DNA of 64,000 nucleotides from Nitrospirales bacterium (GTDB lineage Bacteria; Nitrospirota; Nitrospiria; Nitrospirales; UBA8639): NCBI GenBank assembly GCA_965203295.1, contig CBDBCZ010000008.1, positions 32,001 to 96,000 of the forward strand, read 5' to 3'. Shown piece by piece: positions 9,923 to 22,343 of this stretch (position 1 is its first letter; each line of letters starts with the position of its first letter). The notes under the pieces were generated by a model. It saw only the letters and a program-made list of their open reading frames with translations, ran no database searches and was not told where the DNA came from. The position numbers and the translations under genes were made by a program.

Positions 9923-11371
9923 TTCAAGTGGCAATCAAAACCATCCAAAAAACCTGTATTATGCCACAGAAAACCTTCTAAAACATGTTATAAACTAAAA
10001 CTTGTAAATCCTGTCTTAGCTACCTCACCGATAACCACTGACAATCTTCTAAAACCTGAAAACCTCCAAAACTTTATCCCACAGAAAACCTGTGCAACTA
10101 GCCAGCAGAAAACCACTGACAACTTTCTAAACAGAGAACTTCCAATCCTCTAATACTAAGTCTCACCCAACAGAATAACTTCTAAAACCTGTCATCCATA
10201 TAATATGATATGATTGGTGGAAGTAAGCAGAAAGGACTACCACGTAGCACTCAGTGATGGGTGCTTTGAGCACAGGCAGCTTTCTGTGTTTCCACCGACT
10301 ACAGTAAGTGTATATGCTGTAACCAGGAACACCAAGAAGCAAGCACCTGTTCAATCATGTGTACTGTGTGTGTGTGCCAGGTGCCTGAGTCTTATGGCCC
10401 AAACATGATACAGTGTGACATGTACAAGTGCAGTTGTTGGCCATTTTATGTGTATCAATCTACATGTGAAATCTCCTGTACCTGTACCTAACACATGGTA
10501 CGTTGTACATCCTGCAAATACGTAGACTACGTATTCATCTGGTGACATTCCATTGTTTGTTTTGAGTAAGTATTCATCTTCTGTGTGCGGAAACCAATAC
10601 TTGAAATTTCAGACTACACACGTCATGCACAGGCTTATTGAAATTGTAGGATGCCTACTTTCACAACGGGGTGTCGTGAACATGAGCATGGGGGTGCTCA
10701 TATTTACGTGAAAATAGGCATCCGGAATGCCCATATTTGGAGATGCCTGTTTTCACTGGACACCAGTCCGTTCCGTAAAATAATGACCTCCGGTTGAGTA
10801 CATGTTGTGAAGGTATATATAGAGCACAGGCTATGAACTATATCAGAATATGTTGTTAGTGGATTACTGTAAAGTTAATGGAACTTTTAAGTTACAATGT
10901 GATGCATGTGGGTAGAGAACTAAAAGTGCATGCTTAGAACAATATTACAGCGGACACAAGCAAGCCTCCTCCCCATGCCCAATGGCAAGCTCAACTTTGA
11001 TCCTTGGTTTCCAAGGGAGATAATTTTTAGACAGCAGGTCACTCACCCCACTACGCAGCGAGCTATCCTTTACGCAGGGCCCACTTTTAAACCCATTACA
11101 TCATAACCACACAGTACATGACTGTACTACTTCGTGCACTACAAGGCACCATTAAATTACCCAAGACGACAACACAGGCACGAAGGGAAATCAGAGAGAA
11201 TTCCATTATAGCAAGACTAGTACAGTACAGTGCATGTGTGTACTAAGACATTTAGAATAATGAGAGTCAGAACCACGCTCAATCAGCATCATGTCCCGCA
11301 AAAACAAGCCAGTTCCACGCAGATATACAATGTCGTGTTCATCCCTAAAAAAAAAAAAAAACATAGAGTGC

Positions 11372-14300
11372 TCATAGCAAAGGTCTGACTTGTCCCATTT
11401 GCGGGGGTTGTTGCATGGGCGGCGGCTGGCCTGGTCTCATGGGCATCATGACTCCGGGATGGGGCTGCATCAGGGGATTCGAGGGAGGAGCGTTCATGGG
11501 GGGAGGTCCCATTCCAGGACGGATTACGTTTCCCGGAATGGAACCGTGAGGAGGTGGCAGCAGTCTCGGACCGGGACCTCCCTGCATGGGGGGCATCCCT
11601 GGTCTAATGAGCGGCGGTCCCGGCAGTTGAGGGGCCGGGGCTTGGGAGGACGATGGCATTCCACCGGGGGGTTGCTGCAGCGTCGGGGGAAACTGTGGCT
11701 GGGCTGGGTTCTGGGGCTGGGACTGTGCTTGGGGAGGGGGCGTCTTCGCAGTTCTGTACTTTTCCAGCTTGCTACGTACCTCTTCCTGGGCATGGAATGA
11801 AGAGGAACATTTAAAGGCAACGCAATTGCCATCACCTGTCCCAGTATTCCTTGGGAATTGATAGATGCTGTATTAGATGGACCCAAGAGCACATAAATAA
11901 AACTTTTACGCCTCTCACTCACTCTTTCGGGGAGGGGAATTTGTCATGATGAGATAATAGTGGAGGTAGATAGAAAGACTCCTAAATACCGTATTTTCGT
12001 GAACAGATGCTGCGGCTAGTAATGATTTCATCACGTGATTTTCTGCGGCCACTTATCGAGAGTGGCCACTAATTGAGGATGGCGTTTATTAGATTGAGAA
12101 GTTTGCCGGCTACACAGTGATGCACAACGGCAGTTCCAATCCGTTCGATAAATCACTGTCCGTGCCTTATCCTTGTAGTACTGGAATTCTTGCCATGGCT
12201 ACTATTTGAGGGTGTCCACTGCTTCGTTCAGCACTTCCAGAGGTGGGGCTACTATGTGAGGGCTGCTACTAATCAAGGGCAGTGTCTATTCGCAGAAATG
12301 TGGCACAATTACATGTACGATATGGAAAAAGTAATTAATTAGCAGGGGCTTTGTGACTGGCACCATCACAGCTGCCCCCTTCGACTCACCAGTGAAATAT
12401 CATCTTCGGGGTGCATCAGCTTACAGTTGGGTCCGACGGGGGTCACCTTGCTGACGGGTCTATCCGGCACCGCGGGGAGCCTGGGCAGTTCGCTGGGCGG
12501 GGGCTGCTGGGTCGGCTGTTGCTGGTAGGCCGGGAACGTGGGTCTGGGACCGTTGGGGTTGCTGGGTTGGGTCGGGTTGGGGGGGCGGGGCGGGGCTCTG
12601 CTCGCCATTGGTCCCGGCTGGGGAGAACACGCGAAGGAGTTCATAGTACACAATGTAGTAGTATATACATGACATTGTGTATGTGGCAGTCATGTGTTGA
12701 AATCGATAATCGATTTTAAAAAAATTTACATGGAAACATGCACGTTTTTGTGCTTTCCTGTTTAAAATGTGCATGAAAGCATAAAAACATGCAGGCTTTC
12801 ATGTATTTTCTCCATTTAGTGCCTCCTTTTACCCAGTAAAGGGTCTATTCCTGCTCTTTGAGTCTGCTGTGTCTCACCTGTGAAGCACTTGGGAAGAGGG
12901 GTCTGGGGGGCAATGGGACCACTCTGAGACAGAAAGAGGAGAGCACCGTTAGAAGATTAAAGTGGGATCAAACCATACACCCATGCAACTCCTTCCAAAG
13001 GTATTGTTGGTTGTGTGACAACCTCAAAATACCCTAGCGTGCTACGCTACTGACTAGAGAAGTCACAGAGCTGAACGCACCCAGGCTGCATCGGCATGGG
13101 GGCCATACGAGGACCTACGAGAGGAAGAGGAGACAGCAGTAAGTTTCAGATCCTGGCCCGAGGATAGTCCCACAATCAAGATAGTCTCACTCCCAGCCCA
13201 CATCAAGGGTAAGGTTTAAGTCAACAAGCCATACACCTCACAGGAGACTTCAAAACACTTATTATGTAAGGGGTTTTCCCCAGCAAGCTATATAGTACCC
13301 ATGGGCGTTCATGAAAGTACACACAGAATATAAAAACCCACCTGGAGGAACCATTCCAGGCATGACGGCTGGCGGCATGGCAGGCATCATCATGGGGGGC
13401 GGGGCCATGCCCGGCATGACGGCAGCGGCCGGGTTGAACATCATCCCCATGGGACCCATCTGGTCCATCCTCAGCTTCTTGGGCTGGGGCTGGGCCAGGT
13501 CTCCCTCGCTGCCGCCTGGGAGGGAGGGAGGGGAGGGAAGAGAGGGAGGGGGGGAGGGAGGAAGGGAGGAAGGATGGGAGGGAGGGAGGGAGGAAGGGAG
13601 GGAAGGAGAGAGGGAAGGAGGAGATGGGGTATCATCGCTGATGAAGTGTCTGCTCACAGAGGCAATGAAACAACATAGTTTTGTACACTCATGTCAACCC
13701 TATACTATATGTCAAGTAGGTTCGTTCCCAGGCTCTACTCCTCAGCTTTTAATTTGCACACATAGCAAAATAAGTTACTACGAGTGATGGGGAGTGGAGA
13801 CTGGAAAAGAGGCTAACATTACGAATTCTATATAGATCTGCGTGGCTAGGCATAATGAAATCTTTTACATACTCTCTAGAAGGAACACTAGCCCCTTCTG
13901 ACAAGGCCATCCCCTCTCATTTCCTTCCACTGCCCCAAACTACATGCACTAGCTATAAAAGAGAGAGAGAAAGAGAGAGAGAGAGTTAGTTATTGTACGG
14001 CTGAGACTCACTGTCACATACATGTAGCTACCGACGGAGAAACAAGAATGAAAGCAGTGAATCTCTGCAAAGAAATCAATTTGAGAGTGTAGTGTCACTG
14101 GAAGGCATCCACACAGCGTACAGCATTGCAGTACACAGTCATACAAAGTATGCTACCCAGGGTTTCATACAGGATCATTCCTATTTTGCCAGGGGGTGAG
14201 GACTATTTTGGGATAGTAAATGGATGCATCCAAAACAGACAGGGCGCAAACCACACACTTCTAGGGGGGCCTGGGGGCATGCCCCTTAGAGAAAATCTGT

Positions 14301-15720
14301 CCTGAGATTGATTTCGGTGGGTTTTGGTATGTAGCTGACTACCCAACAGTTGTGTTCAAAATCACAGTAAATTAGAACAAGTATCATTAGGAATAAGGTA
14401 ATAATGCCATAATAATTATTTAATTCTGAAGGGGGAGGAGAATCTTGCTGGGAGGTCTGTATGAAACCCTACTACCCATAGAGAGTTACAAAAAATAGTT
14501 GCCTCCTGGGTAACCTACATAGGCTAATTAGATCATGTTTACGTAACCATATACATTGGATCTATGCCGAAATTCTAAACACACTTATTTGCACATGTGG
14601 GAGCAAGCCTGGTGGACAACCAAGTTCTGAAAAAATTGTGAACTATTCCTACATGGTTGATTCCATGATGACCAGTAGCAGGAAACCGTACCAGGAGTAC
14701 TGTGAAATGCTAGGGCTTTTAAAACTCCCAGCAACAAGCCTAACCTCACAATAACAGTACAACGACGTGTCTCAAATACAATGCCCATTACTATACCCAG
14801 CAAACAGAACACAAAGAGACAGACTTACCACTCTTAGCTCGTTCATGTGCTATTCTATCCTCCTCTGGAATACCTTCCATGCCGAATATCTCAATTTCGA
14901 TGTTGTCCCGCCCCGCGATTGCATTGGGGACGTGGTTTACAGTCTCCTTATGCACTTGGGAGCAGTGGATGGCCAGGCCCGGGGCAGTGTAGAGCTTCTT
15001 GTGGCATATGTGGCACTTAAAGTGCTTTGCTTTCTGGTGGTACACTAGGACCTTGTCATCGTCAAACTCCCGGTTGCAGTACCTGGGTGCTGGTCAAGGA
15101 AATTACGAAGGGCTTCTCACAGAAAGGAGCCTGTGTAGTCGTGTAGCATACTTGCTCAAAGCTCAAAATAGCAGCTGGCCACTGGCCATTTTCCGTGCAA
15201 TTTTCTACAATGGCCACCCAAAAATTTGATCATGGTTGTATCAAATTGTACAGTTGGCAAATCAAAATTTCAGCTTGGCCAGCCAAACCCAGAACCTTAT
15301 TTTTAGCTCTGCTTACTGATTTTTTTATGTAAGAAACTGTCAACTTTTCAGGCCAAATGTATGGATGGACGTAGTAAAAGTTTGTTTGCAAAACCAGAGA
15401 TAATAGAGCACGAGCTCTATTAGCTACGGCAAACGCAGTCTCGCCCAGACAAGACAGCAAAACGACTACAAGGTAAACATTCCATTTAATGCCTCCTGCT
15501 ATTTCAAAGCCAAGAATTCCTTACTAATTAAGTGACATTGTGTAGAAATTATATACACCTGCTACATCCACTACTACAGACGTAGCTAGGTGGGAGAGGG
15601 TTACGTACTAGGGACATGCAAATTATTATGACACACACTCACACAAAACAAAATGTCTGCCATCATCACACAAGGATACCAGCACCACGGCTTTACTAGT
15701 TTCTTCTTCTTTCTTCCCAT
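11372..15720 (-). CDS. ZNF207: BUB3-interacting GLEBS-motif zinc finger protein (ZNF207/BuGZ), 7 coding exons
   Basis: Exons 15720-15680, 15082-14829, 13515-13342, 13114-13081, 12923-12878, 12617-12390 and 11785-11372 splice in frame. The N-terminus [60 protein letters not shown] and the motifs PLFPSA, PTFPAY and GLEBS-like [16 protein letters not shown] match ZNF207. Confidence 0.95.
11989..12303. mobile_element. Degenerate pogo/Tigger-like MITE in a ZNF207 intron
   Basis: Begins TA-CCGTATTTTCGTGAACAGA and ends TCTATTCGCAGAAATGTGG, an imperfect inverted repeat; non-coding. Confidence 0.5.
14158..14471. mobile_element. MITE with CAGGGTTTCATACAG termini
   Basis: CAGGGTTTCATACAG ... CTGTATGAAACCCT(A), flanked on both sides by CTACC (possible 5-bp target-site duplication). 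Confidence 0.6.
15083..15679 (-). other. U12-type (minor spliceosome) GT-AG intron 1 of ZNF207
   Basis: The donor is GTATCCTT. A TTTCCTTGAC branch site lies ~10 nt before the acceptor CCCAG, with no polypyrimidine tract. Splicing restores the W-C-W-Y-C frame. Confidence 0.92.
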
Positions 15721-15970
15721 CTTGAGACAACCCAGCTTACCCTAGGACGCGGGACCGAAACTGCACCGGGCCAGGCAAGGCAAGCCGAGGGCGAGTGGCT
15801 TTTGATCGAGCGCCACCACGTGCTAAAAACTTTAATTAACCATCGGAAAATTTGTAATTTTTTCGACGGGCGCAAAGCTGGGAATTGATTGGTCAAAACG
15901 GTCCAACTTGGCGGTAGCTAGCCGGGAAACGATATTATTCTATTTATAGCACATCCTCAAATCATCCGCA
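15721..15970. promoter_or_regulatory. Bidirectional promoter shared by ZNF207 and CENPX
   Basis: Divergent ATGs are 250 bp apart. The gap is CpG-rich, with an inverted CCAAT (ATTGG, 15888-15892) and E2F-like GGGCGCAAA (~15868) and GCCGGGAAA (15921). Confidence 0.7.
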
Positions 15971-17537
15971 ATGGAGACGTTGGAGAACAACCCTTTCAAA
16001 TTGGTATTGGTTGATATGGAAATCTATCTATTTGTCTATCTGTAATATCCTTTTTTCTTACCAGGAAACAGTTGCACAACTGCTGAAAATGCACTTTAAA
16101 GACAAGAAAACCAAACGTAAGGATTTCGTTTTTCACTGATCTTAGCTATTAAATGTTTTTAAATATTCTATAGCTAGCTGTCCATATTCTTGCCTAGTCT
16201 ACCCACCTTGTAGCATAGCATCCCACTTTGTCACTCCCAGCCCAAAGTCATCACCTATATTGGCAGTGCTTCCATTGCACAATCGAACCTAAGGATTCTT
16301 CTAGTTGACATGTATCTTATTTAAACCATTGATCAGCTCCATGCAACTGCAGCAGATGGCACAGAACTCTAAAGAGACGGTGTCAATGGTGTTATTTTAA
16401 TGGAATAAGGCTACAAAAAGTTTCACAAATTTGATCTTATTACGAGTAAGTGGGTAATATCGTAGAATATTTCTGGCTTGGGCTATACAATAATACTGCT
16501 TACTATAATGCATGAGTACGTAATAAAACGTTTATTTGATTTATCTGTGGTATTTTAATGCAGTAGCTTGCAGATGCACACATATGAATTCCCTCATTAG
16601 TCCCCTCCTAGCAATAGCGCTTTTCTGTCATCTTGAAATCTGCTTTTCCACCCTGACAGTTAACAACGACGCCCTCAAACTCAGTGCAGAGCTACTGTAT
16701 GTGTTTGTTCTAGGTAAGCTGACTGAAAAACCAGTAGGACCTATTGTACTGGGACGTACCACGACAAGAAATTAAGTCTCCACTCTCGTTCTCACAGAAT
16801 GTGCTTACAGAGCTGCTGCCCAGGCTAAGGTAAAAAGCAATCCTAGCGTACCATCGATCCCAGGCCTCACTCACTGTTTATTGCTTGCTGTACAAATATG
16901 CCTTTCTTTCACTGTGGGGAGCCTAGGAATGAGGCCTACAATAGGGTAATATCAATTTGCTAACTTTGTCACTATACTGGATAGCACGAGTTAAGGCGAT
17001 TCAGAGAATGGACGTAATTATACAGGACTGGTAGTGATGCAGTAGATGTTTGCAAAGTTACATTATGCTAGTTATTTCCTGAGTTCCACACGTATATACG
17101 TATGGCAGTTTCTATCACAGACTTACTGTAGTAGAAGTGCACCTTTTGCCACAAGTCTGTGGTGGGGATGTACGATTTCTTTGACCTGTTAGAGGGCAAG
17201 TTTAAGGTATATATACACAGGATTGTTTCTGTAAGTTTCTACATAATTATTCTGAAACATGCATGGATATATGTAGAGTGTGGTTCCTTGGTACACGGTG
17301 TATTATATCTGTGTGCCTGTATACATCTTTCCCTTGCTAATCATATGGCAGCAATGCACCCTTGATGGCATGCAGTAATTGTTACATCACACTGTATACA
17401 TGTAGGCTGAAGACGCCTCACAAGTCGACATACAGCATTTTGAGAAAGTGCTACCTAAACTGGTAAGTTTGTCCGTAAAAACCCAGTGATAGCGTTATTA
17501 TATTTTCCTACATCATTTGCAGTTACTAGACTTTTGA
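15971..17537 (+). CDS. CENPX: Centromere protein X (CENP-X/STRA13/MHF2), 6 exons, 80 aa
   Basis: Exons 15971-16003, 16065-16116, 16660-16713, 16798-16829, 17406-17462 and 17523-17537 (243 nt) give METLENNPFKLETVAQLLKMHFKDKKTKLNNDALKLSAELLYVFVLECAYRAAAQAKAEDASQVDIQHFEKVLPKLLLDF, which matches the CENP-X histone fold (HFKDxKTK ... EKVLPxLLLDF). The track misses it because the exons are short. Confidence 0.95.
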
Positions 17538-19781
17538 TCAAGATGCTGAAGAAACCTACATGTACTCTGGTTACGTTGCATTTTTTTGTATTCAGCAACA
17601 CAAAACATGACAAATAAATGCCTGCTCTATTTCTGGTACAACTATATTATCACTGTGAACAGCCAAGTATTGTACACTATTGCAATTAAAAATTGCATAG
17701 TTCTAGTGACAGACACAACTAGGTCCAAAAGATTAGAGTCGCTAATTGTAGTAAATCACTTCGCTACTAACCCTTTAACCCTAGAGACCAGCACATTATG
17801 CTTGTAAATTTACCTATTATGCTATGCTCCTATTCCTGATCATAATTGCACATATGACCTATTATGCTTGCTCACATGACCTATTATGCTCGACATTATC
17901 CTTAATATTTAAAGGCTTAAAACCAAACAATTCTCGAAGTAACCAGTACAAGTATTAGTGATGATTATAGTGGAGCATGAGAGAGGTTTCAACCTAGAAT
18001 TTTGCTGTTTATTGCCAATGAACAAGCAACGAAAAACACGTTCAGCTGCATGTGCATATGCATTACATAATTATTTCACGTAAAAATTCACCTATTATGC
18101 CAGCATTATGCCTGATGCTTGACACACCTATTATGCTCAAAATTATGCTGGCATATTGTGCCTGTCCCTGAATTTAGCCCTAGTAGATGTATCTACTAGG
18201 GCTAAAGGGCTAACAGAAACCCACACTACCCATGAGTGAGGGTATAAACAAGAGAGCCGTACATGTAGCTTGGCCAGAGTCTGATAATTTTCCTCAATAC
18301 CTGGAATCCCCTCTGTTTACAAAACAGACTGAGTAAGGAAAGCCACACCAATATTATTCCATATTGTTGATTGCACTTCAGAGGGTGGAGGCGTGTTCTA
18401 ACTGGCTTGCAGTTGCACACCCAAAAGGCTTCAGCATGTGTTGCAAATTTAAAAAAATTAGTGGCAAGAGCACAGCATGACTCAGCTACATAATGTATAT
18501 GAAGGGTCGAGAACCTCAGAGTGGGCCAACCCAACATCAAACTCGACCAAAAATGATAAATTTAAGTTTTAAGTCAATTTTGTGGGATAGACCACTCTGT
18601 ATAATGTATTTTCCGCATTCTTGAAGAACTCCCTCTGCAAGTGAAGCAGCAAACCACTTTGCAGTAGTCAGAATGACAGTTCTTTCTTCCTGTGCGTGTC
18701 ATGCAGGCAAGCATTTGCATTGGTAATCTGCTTCAACTCTCAGTAGCCCTTCTGGTACTCTCTCTGAAGTTATTGAAGTGTTGAAGCACATCTGAATATC
18801 TGCATAGAATGGATTGCATGCATGTACATCTTTGGCCACTGCATCTAATGAAGAGTTCAGGTCTATCAGTTCACCTGCTTTAAACCAGTTACTGTATGCC
18901 TACGGAAACACAGTTGTCTGAGCGGTGGGTGAGTCCAGGAGTAACAAATCACCACTTTGTGGTCTAACTCCAGGAGTTAGACCACAAAGTGGTGTGGCCT
19001 ACCCCCATAGCTAGCTACTCAGATCAGGTATTCACATTATATATTTTTTTGTCTCAAGTTTGGAAGGCGGAAGTTCTTTAATTGGGTTAGACCACTCTGG
19101 TTCTCAGCCCTTCAATTACTGCATCACATGTCATGGGTAGCTATACATGTAGGTGCATGTGTAGTGTTTTAGCCTCCATTCCAAGCCTTCTCCGCTGTCA
19201 AGTTTTGTTCAGCAGGGAGGCCAAGGAACCATAAAGCACTTAAAGTGAGTTCTTAAACCGTCCATGACCCTTTTGCTGCTTGAGGAATTAGAATGGTACC
19301 AAGGACACGGCTGTCAAGTTGAAGCCAGCGTACAATTCAATTAAAAAAAGAACGAAGATATAATAGTCGGGGCGAGCCCCACATTAGCGAGTTGACAGAC
19401 TTTGTGAATTGCTTGTATTGCTTACGTAATGCCGAATCTATGCGCAATATTCTTTTGCGGCCTAGGTATAAAGTAAGAAGGCCAGTATAGTTTACTAGCA
19501 TGAACCTCTTTGCTTTCGATTCGTATATGGTACGTTAACCGCGTAGTTGCTAGCGAGATACCGTAACAGACAAAATCACACACACAAAAAACACACGCAC
19601 ACAACTGAGTACTGTAACCCTCGCTGCGCATGCGCGCTGAGGGATAGGACGTAAATATAAGGGGGCGTGGCGAAACATTACAATTATATAGGCTAGGGAT
19701 TACTTGTGGTGTGCAGTTCGCTTTCAGTGACAACTCTCATGCAACTTCTTGTTGGAGTAACAATCATCAGCGATATAAATC

Positions 19782-20426
19782 ATGGGAACCGCACTGTCAG
19801 TACTCCGAGAGCAAGAGGCTAAACAGGAGGCGCAAGCGAAAGAGCAACTCGCTATGCTCGAGAAAATGGCACAGGCACAACTCGCGAGCAAAGTGGATGA
19901 GATTCTGCATGGACGTTCTGACGACGAGGAGATTCACAAAGGACTAGTTGTAGCCAAACATCAGCAAATCTTCGTCAATGCGTCCTCAAAATCGGACAAA
20001 GCCCATAAAGCTATAGATGATTTCTTTAGTGGCGATCTTCTCAATGGCGCAAAAGAGCTCATTCTTGGCGGAGTAGACGAACTACTTGGCAACTATTCCG
20101 TTGGTGAAAACGAGTCTGAGGACATGCTCATACTTTGGGAGAATAACGCCCTACTTCGTGTCGACGTATACTACTGGAAGTGGAACTTCTCCAGCGAAGG
20201 TGTCGTGAAGGTCGCTCAGAACGTCTTTGCCGTGTACTGCGTTAAACGGGTGATAAACCCCGAACAAGTGGACCCGAACGTCCTTATTTATGCCATCTCT
20301 CGAATGTGTGCAAAAAATAAGATGAAGGCCGACGAAGCCCTGGATTATGTCAAGAAAATAATGGAGAAGCTGAAGGAAGTCAAAGAAGCCATCAACTGGA
20401 AACCACCGCAAATAACAGCTGAGTAA
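19782..20426 (+). CDS. Intronless 214-aa protein of unknown function, candidate N-myristoylated
   Basis: Clean ORF with globular-protein composition and an ATG in good context (atcATGG). MGTALS fits the MGxxxS motif. TATA-like TATAAG and GGGGCGTGGC lie ~120 bp upstream. Confidence 0.8.
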   Translation: MGTALSVLREQEAKQEAQAKEQLAMLEKMAQAQLASKVDEILHGRSDDEEIHKGLVVAKHQQIFVNASSKSDKAHKAIDDFFSGDLLNGAKELILGGVDELLGNYSVGENESEDMLILWENNALLRVDVYYWKWNFSSEGVVKVAQNVFAVYCVKRVINPEQVDPNVLIYAISRMCAKNKMKADEALDYVKKIMEKLKEVKEAINWKPPQITAE

Positions 20427-22343
20427 AATACTTACCTGAAGGCGATGTAGCTAGTGACTAGGTCTTCTTGTGTATCAGAACAATTACTTACATAATAATG
20501 ATGAGTGTGCAGCTGTATAACTTTTTTTAGTTTTACTTGAAGCAGAGTACATGTAGCTGCTCCACAGAATACTGTGTTGGCTGTATATATAACCTGTAAC
20601 CGTATGACCATGGAATCTTAACCTTTTTGGATCACATTTGATTTGTTGTAGCTAGTTGTGCAGTGAATCTATAGAGCTGGTGCATGTGGGTTAGTCTTAA
20701 ACCAACCCAGGTCTTCCTTTTATCTCACAGCCTTGGAGAAATATATCTTTTATCCTGCCAATTATATGCTTCTTAGTGATCTATTTGCGAGCTTTTTTTA
20801 TACTCAGTCCTTCCTTTAATATCCCCTTTTGTAATACTTTCAGGAGATTCACAATGCATGCATGGGCCTCAGAAATTGCCAAGTTCTGGTATCGTACATG
20901 TAGCTAGTAGTTGTTTTCACAGGTAAATGCACGTTGCCTTAAGTGCAGTCAGAAATAGGAAATATCTCCACTTATATTATAGGAAGTACCATGCACCAAG
21001 CAGTGTTGTTTGTTGTTATTTTTGCAGTATGGGTACATATTTGGCTCTATAAATAGCTGGAATGCATGGATGTTACTGTATACTGACGTGCTCAGCAGAA
21101 CTTAGGTAAAGTTAGATGGCTAAGCTTATAATTAGCTTAGCTTCATCTATTGTGATATAATGATGCTGGAGTACAAGAAATTAGGCCTTTTTTCATATAG
21201 CTACAAAAAAAAACTGCATCAAAGCATATGTTTTCCTTGTTTTAATGCTTGCTTTATCCCATTATACATTAATTTACTTTAGGAAAAGGAGACAGTTCGT
21301 CTGACTGCTGCCAAGCACCGCCTGCAGCATAAAGCCACTGAGGTGACTGAACAGAACAAGACCCCCCAGAGGGAGTTAACCAAGACCAGGAAAACGTAAG
21401 ATAGAAGGGTAAAAGACTAGTCTCAATCTCAAACTGCATTCTACAGTAAATGGGTGGAGGCCTGGAACGAGGCTAGTAGAAGATCGTGACTAGCTAGTGT
21501 TGCATGTGGTAATCTATAGCTACCTAAGCACTGCCCCTAAGAGCTTGGAACTATGCAAAAAGTTATGGAGAAAGGGAGTACCTCAGGACTGGCTTCTGAG
21601 CAGTAGAGGCCTGAGTACTTCCATAATATATGGAGAGGCTGCACGAAGACTCTGTAGCAGGAAAGTGGGAAATGTCTTGTACGTTTTATTCGCAAGAGTG
21701 CTGACTCAGCACACTCATATACCTTTTGTTCCTATCGGGGCTATCACTAAACTGGGTTAGCCAACAGAAACTAGCTAAATTTCACACTCTAAATAGTATA
21801 CTACAATCAAAACTAATGTTGCAAAGCCATACTACAGCAACACTGACTGCCTGAGGCTGAGCAAACAGGTAGATAGAGTTACACTCTTTACTTAATTCCT
21901 GTGGTATCTACTATGCATGCGCAGTATAGTAGTGATCACTACAGCGAAGAGAATCCACTTAGCTAGTTGAACAGCTGCACAGACTGTGCAATTTTTTACT
22001 TAGCTACCCTAGCTATACCCTCCTTTGTTTAGCTAAAGATTTGTAAACTTGCTATTTCCATTCAAGGACTTTTAAGATGTAACTGATCTAATTTCAAATG
22101 TCTGAGCATGTTTACAGTGATCTAAAAAATCGCTAGGAAAATTTTCTTCAAGTTAACGTGAATAGTACGCTTGAATCCATACAATTTAGCATATCATCCC
22201 GCTGTACTCCAGGTATAGTGTGCCACATCCATTTTGCATTCAGATCAGTTTTTGCATCGTAATTTGCCAATGGAAAAGAAGTATGATGTCTCCTCTGGCA
22301 GTTGCTCTTTTGTGATTACTAGCTATTGGCTTCCTCCACTCAG

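Noticed and set aside
11390..13787. Plus-strand ORFs 11390-11800, 12411-12719 and 13311-13787
   Set aside because: Antisense to Pro-rich ZNF207 exons and a purine-rich intron tract.
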